Shown here piece after piece: positions 25,294-36,899 of a DNA stretch of 64,000 nt. The notes under the pieces are model-generated. The model made no database searches and was not told the origin of the DNA. It was given only the letters and a program-made list of their open reading frames with translations. Position 1 is the first letter of the stretch; the number at the start of each line of letters is the position of its first letter. Location: contig OX597816.1 of assembly GCA_951406725.2 (NCBI GenBank), positions 45,694,001 to 45,758,000 on the forward strand, given 5' to 3'. A program made the translations under genes and the position numbers. This DNA comes from Octopus vulgaris. Taxonomy: Eukaryota.

Positions 25294-25521
25294 AGCCATT
25301 TTCACACCACACAAATGCTCCCTGTCGTCTGGCATGAAACTGTTCATATTTCACTATTTTAAATTTTAGTTTCATGTTCAAAACAAACCAAAGCAACATT
25401 TACGTTGATCTCATGTATTTCTGAGTTCAAATAGCACAAAAAAAAAACACAAGAAAAATCTTTAAAAAAAAAAAAAAAAAGCCGCAAAATCATGGAATTA
25501 CTTTTTCCAACCATGCCTTTC

Positions 25522-25554
<33 letters not shown>

Positions 25555-26046
25555 CACATACAAAGAATGGTGACAGTGACTTCGAAGTTACCGCCTGCTA
25601 GCCTTCATTGTATTTATTATTATTACGATTATTATTATTATTATTATTATTACGACATAAAAACATTAATACAGCCATATATATCTTTCGACTTTTTCTA
25701 TTCCAAAAGATCATTTAACTCAATATTTATATGTTGTGATTTATAGCTTCATCTACTTCGAGTTCTAACATTTAAAAATGATTTCATACACACATGCAAA
25801 AAGAAAGAAATTTAAAATATCAGGTCAGCACCTTAAAGATATTACATACAAGAAAACGTATAATTTCTGGAGCAACTGCTACCAAGAGGTTTGATCTGCT
25901 GGAAATAGCAGTAAAATTTCGTTAACAATCACACCTTTTTTTTTTTTTTAATTAAAAGTAATGATACTTTGAATAATGTGATCTTAGATACATTGTGCAC
26001 GTAGGACAAGAGGAGAGGTCACAAATGGGTGTTTTGGGTCATAGAT

Positions 26047-26223
26047 CAGTGCGCTGCAACCGGTTTTTTTTTGCACTTGTGGTAAACTTATATATTCTTT
26101 TGAAAAAAATCGGCGGCACACCTGAACTAAAAATATAACTAAAAGTATAGCAAAAAAAAAAACTATATTCAGGTTACACTGCGGCACACCAGTATGTCAC
26201 GGCATACCGGTAGCGGATCTCTG
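26047..26223. mobile_element. hAT (Charlie-like) MITE
   Basis: Perfect 8-bp TSD tcatagat (26039-46 and 26224-31); imperfect CAG...CTG TIRs; repeated gcggcacacc subterminal motif. Confidence 0.8.
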
Positions 26224-26399
26224 TCATAGATCTATTTGTTCAGGACTGAACTGATTGTTAAACAATAACCTCGGAATTCCGGATTAAGTACCCCTGTCCC
26301 AAGCATTTAAGAGGATTGCCTGTCCACCACAATCAGTCCAAAGACTCAGTATAAATTATTTTTGTTGTTGTTTTTTTAATGTGACAAACGAACAAATGT

Positions 26400-26762
26400 A
26401 TAAAAGAACGCATCCTCAAGATAAACCTGTGTTGCATATAAAACCTGTATTACTGACAGTGTCTTCTGCTAGCATTTACACCTGGCCGGTTTAATGATAT
26501 TCTACGTAAATTTGGTAGAAGGAAACTTCTGAAAGCACGTCGTATGTGTGTGTGTGTCGTTATTTACCTATTGTCCGCCGTCCATTGCTTGACAACCGAT
26601 GTTGCTCTTTTTACGTTCACGTAAAAAGAAAGCGGTGGAATAAGTACTAGACTTTAATATAAAAACAAAACCCTACAGGGATCGATTTTATCGACTCTTT
26701 AAAACCTCCAAAAAGGTACCCTAGTTTGGTCACAGTCCAATGACTGAAACTAGAAAAAGAGA
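26400..26762 (+). mobile_element. Old diverged SINE family A copy that retains CpGs
   Basis: gtgtcttctgct..tttggtagaaggaaac..gcttgacaaccgatg..aataagtactag..cagtccaatgactgaaac. Confidence 0.65.
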
Positions 26763-27336
26763 GTTTGTGTGTGTTTGTGCGCGCGCATTTTTAATAAAAG
26801 TTATGAAAAGCAGCAAACACTGCCTTCTTTTATAAAACACACAAGCACATATTTATATATTTTGAAAGAATACAAATGAAATTAAGAAAATAACTGTTTT
26901 CGTTTTGCTTACTACAGAGATTTACTTCCTGTTTGTGATACACGTTTTTCTTGTCTGGCCCGCCGGCCCGACGCTTCTTTTCTTTCAAGTTCCATAAATA
27001 CACACACACACACACACACAGACAGACAGACAGACAGACAGAGAAAGAATGAAGTTAATGGTTTATCGCACAAACATAAAATTCAACAAAACAGATTAAT
27101 GAACTTAAAATACGTCGAGAATGTTTCTTCTAAATAGATTTACAACAGTGTTCTCTTTCTCTCACTCTCTCTCTCTTTCTCTCTTTCCATAAGTTGATAT
27201 TAAGTTTCGATTGAAGACAACTTAATTAGCGTTAAATTAAACATTTTATAAGAGCTATCTAATTAGCTCTCTCCTATACACACACCACGTGTACATGCCT
27301 AAGAGAGAGAGAGAAGTTTCCGTATACACATATTAA

Positions 27337-27756
27337 CCTATTTCGTTATTACCCACAAGGGGCAATAACATAGAGGGGACAAACAAGGACAGACATAGGT
27401 ATTAAGTCGATTACATAGACCCCCAGTGCGTAACTAGTACTTAATTTATCGACCCCGAAAGGATGAAAGCCAAAGTCGACCTCGGCGGTATTTGAACTCA
27501 CAACGTAACGCAGACGAAATACCTATTTCTTTATTACCCACAAGGGGCTAAAGACAGAGGGGACAAACAAGGACAGACATAGGTATTAAGTCGATTACAT
27601 CGACCCCCAGTGCGTAACTGGTACTTAATTTATCGACCCCGAAAGGATGAAAGGCAAAGTCGACCTCGGCGGAAATTTGAACTCACAACGTAACGCAGAC
27701 GAAATACCGCTAAGCCTTTCACCCGGCGTGCTAAGGTTTTGCCAGCTCGCCGCCTT
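27337..27756 (-). mobile_element. SINE family C, full copy plus head-to-tail duplicated 3-prime part
   Basis: Minus-strand head aaggcggcgagctggc..gagttcaaatttccgcc and core gcctttcatcctttcggggtcgataaa (Deu/Nin-like, from recall). About 185 bp is present twice. Confidence 0.88.
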
Positions 27757-28782
27757 AATACACATATTAACCACTTCCCTAATACTATAACCGTGTGTAC
27801 GTTAGTTTAACAGTTCAACGCTCGATCAATCTGCTATCACTGTTCGCTATCTTAACCATATCGATAGCTAGGGAACATGAATGTGTCAAAACATATATAT
27901 GGAAGAATTATACATCGATAATTCTATAATAGCAGCCCGGTTCCCAACGATCTACGTCTGGCCACTTTCTTGTCCTGACCATCGATCTGCTTCGTTAACG
28001 TTTATACACAGCAAGATTAAGCAACGTGCTATAAGACCCTTGAAGTTAGTGAACGCATAAACGGTTATTTTTATTTGTTTGTTGGTTTGCATGCTCCCCC
28101 CACCTTCTTTCTAACTTACATAAAATACACATAACTTTTCCAAAAGCCACGTGTTTCATTCGAATTATTTCTACCAGAATTATTAACAAAATAACAGTGT
28201 TTCTCACATAGACATTTAGGTTTATCTATCACTCTTTGCAAAGGAAGTTGTGTCCACCTCATTCATGGTGACTGTCGCTCTAATTAGATGTTTAACGTTA
28301 GATTAAATGATTGCACACATCACTAATCACACGTAGCATATAATTATGGACCAGAATCTACTTCCAACTGGCAGACAATGGAGATCAAGAACAACTGACA
28401 AACTGTGGTCAGAAATTGAACCGTATTGATCTGGAACGTTACTTTTATTCCTGGCGGCTAACTGGACTGTCGAGAAATACATCGAAACATCAGAAGCAAA
28501 ATTAACATACAGACGGAAAGTCCAATACTTTTTATTATTAGGAACATGTCTTTCTTAAATATATAACGTGAATGTGGTATTCTTAAATGACAATTGAGGG
28601 GTAAATCTATATTGCTGACAACAGATTTCAGTTTGGAAAGTCACAGCCAAGAATTAAACATCTTGAGAATTGGGTAAATGGTAACATTCGATGCTTTAAC
28701 CATCAAGAATCAATATACAACAAAAACACATATGTAAATATACCTAAAATATGTTGTGTGTGTGTGTGTGTGTACATGTGTA

Positions 28783-29160
28783 GGCGCAGTTGTGGCTGTA
28801 TGGTAAGATGCTTACTTCTAAACCACATGGTTCCAGGTTCAGTTCCACCATGTGGTACCTTGGGCAAGTGACTCCTACTGTAACCTAGGGCCAACTGGAG
28901 CTTTGTGAGTGAATTTGGTAGATCGAAACTGAAAAGAAAGCTGTTGTGGGTTTGTGTTGATCACTCACCACCACTTGACAACCGGTATTGGTGTATATAT
29001 ATATATATATATGTAACTTAGCAGTTCGGCAAATGAGACCAATAGATTAATTACCAGGCTTAAGAAAAAAAAAAAGTACTGGAAATCAATTCATTTGTCT
29101 AAAAAAAATACTTGAAGGAGTTGCCCTAACATGGCAACAGTCTAATGCCTGAAACAAGCA
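28783..29160 (+). mobile_element. SINE family A
   Basis: ggcgcagttgtggctgtatggtaag..ggttcagttcc head through gcctgaaacaag tail. Confidence 0.8.
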
Positions 29161-29407
29161 TGTTATATTATTCTTGTATTAATCTTATGCCAAGAGGAGC
29201 TCTCCATGGGTATGCCAGCCCTGGAATATCCCCTACTATAGGATAACATGTAGCTAATTAACTCTTAAATGCACTTAGGAGATTTTAAACACAAACTATA
29301 CGATATAGTCCATAGGACTAAGCCCTTTATAAATGTGAAACCATTGCTTACTCTATGGCTGAACATAGACTTTGCATGTAAATACATTACTGCTCTATGC
29401 TTTAGAG

Positions 29408-30438
29408 CAGTGTTTCTCAACCTTTTCACCCTTGTGTAAACTTTAAGATAAATCACATGTCTCAAGGAACCTCTGCACAAAAAAGTTATAAACCATATCT
29501 TTCTCGTGTTTTTGCATCATAGTTCATGTGGTAAATATCATACATATGTATGTACATATGTATGTATGTATGTATGCATGTGTGTGTGTACTCTTTACTT
29601 GTTTCAATCAATTAACTGTGGCCATGCTGGAGCACCGCCTTTAGTCGAGCAAATCGACCCCAGGACTTGTTCTTTGTAAGACTAGTACTTATTCTATTGG
29701 TCTCTTTTGCCAAACCGCTAAGCTACGGGGCGCAAACACACCACCATCGGTTGTCAAGTGCTGTTGAGGGGACAAATACAGATACAAACACACACACACA
29801 CATCATCATCATCATCGTTTAACATCTGCTTTCCATGCTAGCATGGGTTGGACGGTTCAACTGGGGTCTGGGAAGCCAGAAGGCTGCACCAGGCCCAGTC
29901 TGATCTGGCAGTGTTTCTACAGTTGGATGCCCTTCCTAACGCCAACCACTCCGTGAGTGTAGTGGGTGCTTTTTACAAGCCACCGGCACAAGTGCCAGAT
30001 GAGGCTGGCAACGGCCACGATCGGATGGTGTTTTTTACGTGCCACCGGCACGGAGGCCAGTCGGGGCGGTGCTGTCAAAGACCACGTTTGGATGGTTCTC
30101 TTACATGCCACCGGCACTGGTATCACAACCACAATTTCCATTGATTTTGATCGATTTCGATTTCACTTGCCTCAACAGGTCTTCACCATATATACGATGG
30201 GCTTCTTTCAGTTTCCGTCTACCAAATCCACTCACAAGGCTTTGGTCGGCCCGAGGCTATAGTAGAAGACACTTGCCCAAGGTGCCACACAGTGGGACTG
30301 AACCCAGAACCATGTGGTTGGTAAGCAAGCTACTTACCACACAGCCACTCCATAAATTATATCATGAAATTAGCATATCTCATTCTTTCTCGCAGAACCC
30401 CTAGGAACCTTTCGCGGAAACAGGGTTGAGAAATACTG
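29408..30438. mobile_element. hAT (Charlie-like) MITE containing two nested SINEs
   Basis: TIRs cagtgtttctcaacc / ggttgagaaatactg; 8-bp TSD ctttagag / cttcagag. Confidence 0.85.
29590..30351 (-). mobile_element. SINE family A split by a family B copy (29803-30190)
   Basis: Family A 3-prime half at 29590-29800 and 5-prime half at 30190-30351; family B inserted at the internal microsatellite. Confidence 0.85.
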
Positions 30439-31624
30439 CTTCAGAGCGTGCTTCTTTTGCAGATATATAATACATTGACAATACACAAGCACACATGTAT
30501 GTGTAGTATGGCCAAATAGTTAATAATCTAGCTCCGAACAAGTTCTAAAACTCAACCTTGTAATACAAGTTAAGTGTGAGCAGGATAGCTAAAATCTAAA
30601 AACAGTTATATGTGTGAGTGTAGGTGTAGTATCTGTATATAGCTGTAACACATATATGTTCAGTTGCATTAAGAAATACATACATATATAGAGGTGACAG
30701 TGTTTGCTATTCCAACCCTTATAGGAAAATTCACATAACCATATTGAAAATTCTTCAATTCTTTTCCCCTCGTCCATTTGTTCAATCACATTCACTAACT
30801 CACATTATCATTTGTTGCAAGGGTTAAATGCTTTATCTTAATTAATTTATGTTATTATCCCAAACAATTAAGCATTAAGAAAGCTAGTCACTGCCATAGC
30901 CAACAACTAAAGCAGACTTGTTTCCCAAATTAGCCTAACTTGACCCTGAAAATTAGGGACATAACTAAAAGCTCTCTCTCTCTCTCTCACTCTCTCTCTC
31001 TCTCTCTCTCCCACTCTCTCGTGACAAATAAAAGCTGACAAAAGATCTTCTTAGGAGATTACATCTTGATCCTTTTTTCATTGATGGAATTCATGAATAA
31101 ATTAAAATCCATTAGCAAGTGACGAGAAATTGTTTGTACATTATTAACTAATCACTGAATGCAGAGTCACTACCAGTGTCACTTATAGTAGTTATGGGGG
31201 GTTTTTTTTTTGGTTTTTTTATTTTTCGTCAATTTTTGTTTTTGTTTTTTTAACCATGAAATGGCTGTAGAGAACAGTTGAAGGGCAGCTTGGAGTTAAC
31301 TGTTCAAATCTCACAGGAATTTTTGTCTTTACATTTCTCTGATGCAGACAGTATAAGAGCAAAAAATGTATTAAGGTGGTAACTGGTTCCAAGGCCAGCA
31401 GTTGTGATCTGTTATCTATATTGCGTTGGTCCACCTACTCAGGGTGATACATTCAATGTTGTAAACAATACCAGTACTAATGAAGTAATGGTGGAGCTTT
31501 TAAGCTGTTACTTTGCTCACTGAAAATTACTATTTATATTTTGTGTGCGTGTGTGTGTATGCAGAGAGAGAGAGAAGGAGGATCAGGAATAATATATAAG
31601 CACAATATTGAACTGCTAAGATAT

Positions 31625-32034
31625 ACTCTTTACTCTTTTACTTGTTTCAGTCATTTGACTGCGGCCATGCTGGAGCACCACCTTTAATCGAGCAACTCGA
31701 CCCCAGGACTTATTCTTTTGTAAGCCCAGTACTTATTCTATCGGTCTCTTTTTGCCGAACCGCTAAGTAACAGGGACATAAACACACCAGCATCGGTTGT
31801 CAAGCAATGCTAGGGGGACAAACAGACACACTAACACACACACGCGCATATATATATATATACATATATACGATGGGTTTCTTTCAGTTTCCGTCTACCA
31901 AATCCACTCACAAGGCTTTGGTCGGCCCGAGGCTATAGTAGAAGACACTTGCCCAAGGTGCCACGCAGCTGGGACTGAACCCGGAACCATGTGGTTGGTA
32001 AACAAGCTACTTACCACACAGCCACTCCTGTGCC
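31625..32034 (-). mobile_element. SINE family A, full length, young
   Basis: Complete head-to-tail structure with (agagtaa)n-type tail; many CpGs intact. Confidence 0.92.
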
Positions 32035-33233
32035 TATATATATATATTTTTTTATTTATAAATTGTTTTTGCTTAAAGTTATTTTATATTTCTGCAAATC
32101 ACCTAGGCCATGTGTTTTAGGCTTTGTATATGTCTATTGTCTGCCGAAGATAGGATAAGACAATGAGGCAGAAGCATGTATCCACAACTGTCTTCTTGGC
32201 TCCAGACAAGCCGGTTCTTTCCTTCTTGAGATTGTCTCCCCTTCTCATATAGAGCCGAGCATAATTGCCAGCTGCCTCTAGTGGACATGGATTATTTAAA
32301 TAAATCAAGAATTTGTTGTATGGTATTCCATTTTCCTGTATTTACCTATGTGGTTCATATACATGCCACCAGTTACTCAGTTATTTTTTCTTAGCTTATT
32401 TTTTGTTTAAGATATGTGTGTGTGTGTGTGTGTGTGTAAATAAATATATATATATATATACACACACACACATGCAGGGCATCTGCATCTCCGATAGTTA
32501 AAAGAAGTTCACCTTGCAACCAAGGCTTGACCTTACTGTGTGATGTTGTGGGCAAGTGTCTCCTGCCTTGTGGGTGCAATCTGTTGGGCAGAAATTCTGG
32601 AAGGTGTGTGTGTGTGTGTGTGCATGTCAGTCCATATTCTACGGTTACATCAAATAAAAGTGTTGTTTATGCTGTGCACCTTTACATGCAATACTTAGCA
32701 GTTTGACAAATGGAGGTTAATAAAATAAGCACTTGAATAAAATGATTTACTGGGGTCAAGGATGATCACATAAAAAAAATTTTTTTTTTTTAAACCCTAA
32801 TCCTCTAGTATTAAAATCTTTAAGTTTGATCATTAAACAAGATTCAGTATGAATTAAATATGAAGAAGGAAAAAGGAACAAAACTTATAAAAGCATTTCT
32901 GAAAACTGAAATTTTCATCACGTCAACTTTTGTACTGGGTTTATTTTTTTTCTTTACCATTTAACCGCTAAGTAGCGAGCAATGAACAGATAAAATCAAT
33001 AGTGAAACAGGAAAAATAAAAAATTCAAAATAACTTCTTGACTTTAAAATGGAAAGAATACAAGCATTTATACATACATACATACAGCATATATACATGC
33101 AGATACACACATCTCTCCCCCACCATCACTTTTCTATAATAAAAGTTCATTTTTAGCATATGGTAAAAGATTTTGTTGTTTCTCATTCTCCTTCAAATTA
33201 CAAGATGATGATGATAATAATAATAATAATAAT

Positions 33234-33780
33234 ATGCCCTGATGCAGTACCAGACAGTGGCTCTCATGGCTTCTGATCTTAACTGATTGGATGTGTTACC
33301 ATGTACATTATTTTGTCTTGGTATAAAAGATGGGCTACAGCAAATATTCTGCTCAATACCACAGATTTGCTTGTCAGTTGTTTGACCTTAACCAGTCAAT
33401 CATGCCCCTTAGTGGCTGATGATATGTGCATCTCTGACCATGAGCAGAAGTAGTGGGAGAGCATCATAGCCATGTGTTGAAAGGAATTCTTAGAGATTTG
33501 GATAATTCACCTTTGGAAACATGTGTGGTTCATTCAACATCCTTAAACAATCTTTATTCAGGGACCTTTTGAGCGGGACGGGTTACTCGACCAGAAGAAA
33601 ATTCTAACTGGGCCCCACCTGCAAGGTCATGTGCTGTTTACCTTGATATGAAATCACCATATGGTTGTGATGCATGTGCCTAGTGTACCCTTATCAGACA
33701 GGTAGTCATGATGGGTATACTGGGCTTCGTATATTTTACCCCAGTGTCACTTTGATGGCATGCACTGCTCTCTCACTCAA
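33234..33780. mobile_element. Interspersed repeat flanked by (AAT)n on both sides; class uncertain
   Basis: Internal part recurs at about 13690-13870 (agcaaatattctgctcaat..gatatgtgcatctctga..catagccatgtgttga). Confidence 0.65.
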
Positions 33781-33799
33781 TAATAATAATAATAAAGCT

Positions 33800-34065
33800 G
33801 GACTCTCCTGTTGGAGACAATGCATGAGTGTTCAGCTTTTGCTGAATGATCTGCACAAATGTTTATAGTGATCAAATCACATTGTTAGCTCACTCTCTCC
33901 ATCAAATCAATGTTGTCTGAACAGATGCACTGTGTAACATGCATCAGGCGTCGAAGTAATCACAGTGCAATGTAAAAGCGTTTTGCTCAAGAACACAATG
34001 TGGTCTAGGAATTGAAATCACAATCAAGTGATCATGAGTGCAACACCCTAACCACTAAGCCATGT
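33800..34065 (-). mobile_element. CORE-like SINE family F, decayed; plus-strand copy at 51118-51410
   Basis: tttgctcaagaacacaa..aattgaa..accctaaccactaagccatg head; tail block tgatcactataaaca shared with the 51-kb copy. Confidence 0.65.
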
Positions 34066-34689
34066 ATCGTCAGTTACGATATATGATGTGTGTGTGTGTG
34101 CGTGTGTGAGAGAGAGACAATATATCACAGTATCAAATCATCAATGTCGTAAATGTTGGGTTCAAATTTTGTTGGGATCAATTTTTTTCCCTTTCATCTT
34201 TCAGATGTTGATAAAATAAAGGAGCAGTCAAGTACTGGGAGTGATTTAATTGATTATGCATCTTCAAATTGGCTTTGTGCCAATGTAAGAAATTATCATT
34301 ATTAATTACTAATTAAGCAGTAGTAATTATAAATAATTTGACTAAATAACTTTCATAGTTTTCTTTTTCTACATTTTCAGTTCAAAACAAAAGGAGGTCA
34401 ACTTTACCTTCCATCTTTCTGAATTTGTAGCTGATTAACACCAGATCATTCCAGGGGTTAATGGAGTAGGCTCATGATCAAAAAAGCATTCCAACCATGA
34501 CTGACTCCTCTTTTATTCAGACAATATAGCAATGACCATACTATTCTCTTTTAAGATGCTAGAAAATTACTTTGAAGAGGTTTAACTTATTTCTAACATA
34601 AAATTTACTATATAAAAGTCTCCTTTTACTGCTGGAATTCATTAAAAAAGCAGCACTCATGTAGCTCATTCATCAATTCTAGCTAGTTG

Positions 34690-34709
34690 TTAAGCAGTGA
34701 GGTGGGATA

Positions 34710-34742
<33 letters not shown>

Positions 34743-34900
34743 CAGGCTTCCACACAGTTTCCATCTACCAAATCCACTTACACAGTATTGGTCAACCTGG
34801 AGCTTTAATAGAAGACACATGCCCCATGTGCCAGACAATAGGACTAAACCTGAAACTACAGAGTTGCAAAGCAAGCTTCTTAACTACACAGCTAAGCCTG
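34690..34900 (-). mobile_element. SINE family A, 5-prime half, decayed
   Basis: gacaggcttc..tttccatctaccaaatccact..agaagacac..aagcttctt. Confidence 0.7.
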
Positions 34901-35211
34901 TGTTTGTAAGCCATGGATTTATTTCATTTGTTTTGTTGTTTTAAGTGTGCATTTAATACAGGAATATGAAGTTGAAACTGCGAGTTTAAATTGCCAACCA
35001 TCTCAACCAACAAATATGAAAACTCAACAACCCCCCCCCCACCAACTAGGGTAACAAAAAAAAAACCCCCAGAAAAACAAGGCCATTCTAATGAGCATAA
35101 GAGTTTCAGTGTTCTTCAAGGCAGGAAAAGCAAGGAACAAGACAATTTACGATGAACATGGAATTATAAATTAGAACACGAAAAAAAAAAAAAAAAGAAG
35201 AAAAGACTTAC

Positions 35212-35363
35212 TATTGATTACTATTGGAGTTTGCTTGAGCTGTCTGATTACCGGCCAGCATCTGTAATTGATGGTAAGGGTGGTATGGCGTTTTACGTAG
35301 GGCCTGGAGCAGGTTGGGTCGATAATCAGGATCAATGCACCAGAGAGAACCCTTGCCAATACT
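35212..35363 (-). CDS. FOXN3: Internal coding exon of a FoxN2/3 (CHES1-like) forkhead transcription factor
   Basis: Acceptor gtttctgttctctttccttttcAG, donor GTAAGT. Phase 0 start, phase 2 end. Translates [50 protein letters not shown], closely matching vertebrate FOXN3 [29 protein letters not shown] as I recall it. Confidence 0.93.
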
Positions 35364-35604
35364 CTGAAAAGGAAAGAGAACAGAAACTATTTAATAACAG
35401 TAAATCTGTAGTAATAATTGGTTAAGATAATTATCAAACAGTTGTTGTTGCTGTTGGTGGTGGTGCTGTTTATCTAAGGCTATGATCAATGGGATTGGAA
35501 CCATTATCATCCCATGTTTCATGCTGTCTTGTATCAAAGTGTATGTTATTCATTTTTAAAGGCAATATACATGATTGAGGGAGCTTTGGCTGCTACATCT
35601 AGCA

Positions 35605-35655
<51 letters not shown>

Positions 35656-35928
35656 TGAGAGAGAGAGAGAGAGAGATTTAATCAATTCATAGACCAGACT
35701 GGCACCCTTTCTCATTTTTTCAAATAAGACCACCCTGAAGGATTGCTTAGAAGCACAAGGCAATGATATATAAGTCTGCTGGTTTATTGTGTTTCCACAG
35801 CATGAAACTAATAGTAGCTCATATTTAAGTACTGAGTACATTAAATGATATTCATTTCTCACTGGATGAGTACTCTATTTATTTATTCATTTTTGGTGAT
35901 CCTACCAATAACAGAACAATATACTATA

Positions 35929-36132
35929 TACAAGTGGCTTTGGGGTAAAAGAAAATACAGGAGGATCAATTAACTATGATTTTATTCAACATATTCCCCT
36001 TTCAGATTCACACACTTATTCCGATAGTCCTTCAGTTTTTCTAAAGTTTGTAAAAGAACTCGAAAAGTTGGACCTCTAACTAGGCCTTTCGCAATACCCT
36101 TTAAGCCAGGAACTTTTCAGCCCCTACTCGTT
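35929..36132. mobile_element. Mariner-derived MITE, left TIR partly deleted
   Basis: Right end aagccaggaacttttcagcccctactcgt is a TACGAGGG-type mariner TIR; only tggcttt remains on the left. Confidence 0.6.
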
Positions 36133-36699
36133 TATATATGATGAATACAAAGGTGTGTGTAAAGATTATATAACCAAAGAAATACAATGTAGATTGATTT
36201 AATACATCTTATAATCGTCTCTGGTGTTGAGACAACCACTTCAGGGAAAGTAACAACAAATCAAATTTTCGCTATTTGACTGTTTAAATAAAACCTATGA
36301 ATAGCACAATCTATGCATATGTAAACAAGATTATATTTATATTAGCATGAACTCACTGTCAGGGTAATTTTGGAGTGTTATATATCATATAGAGATCCAA
36401 ATAAATAGTTAACATGCCATGCCTATAAGGATATTAATACTGAACTTGAGTGGGGGATACATGTGTGTTTGTGAAGTGATTAAATGACACACTCATTAGA
36501 GGGTGGACAGATCACTTTGTGGTAATCATTCCCACTCCCTACACTCTGAGTTCAAATCCCACTGAGGTCAACTTTACTTTTAATTCTTTCAGTATCAATT
36601 GGGCTCTGCCAGGTCCGAAAATGCCCAAGACAACTGTATGTCACAATGGCACCTATATGATTTCCATCAGGGAGTTAAGGAACCATGGCATGGTGTGTA

Positions 36700-36862
36700 T
36701 AGGTGCAGGTATGGCTGTGTGCTAAGAGGTTTGTTTCCCAGCCACATGGTTCCAGGTTCAGTCCCACAGTGTAGCACCTTGAGCAAGTGTCTTCTGTCAT
36801 AGCTGTGATCTGACCAAACCCTTGTGAGTGGATCTGGTAGACTGAAACTGAAAGAAGCTCAT

Positions 36863-36899
<37 letters not shown>

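Larger units (their letters stand above)
21512..28700. promoter_or_regulatory. CpG-retaining (probably unmethylated) island around the 488-aa gene
   Basis: By eye, CG is frequent here, including in old diverged repeats, and scarce in flanking unique DNA. Begins with a palindrome overlapping TGACGTCA (21531-21538). Not counted formally. Confidence 0.55.

Noticed and set aside
32103-32308. Coding-looking minus-strand stretch 3 kb downstream of the FoxN exon
   Set aside because: Weak acceptor without a pyrimidine tract, no FoxN2/3 motif, ends in a stop.
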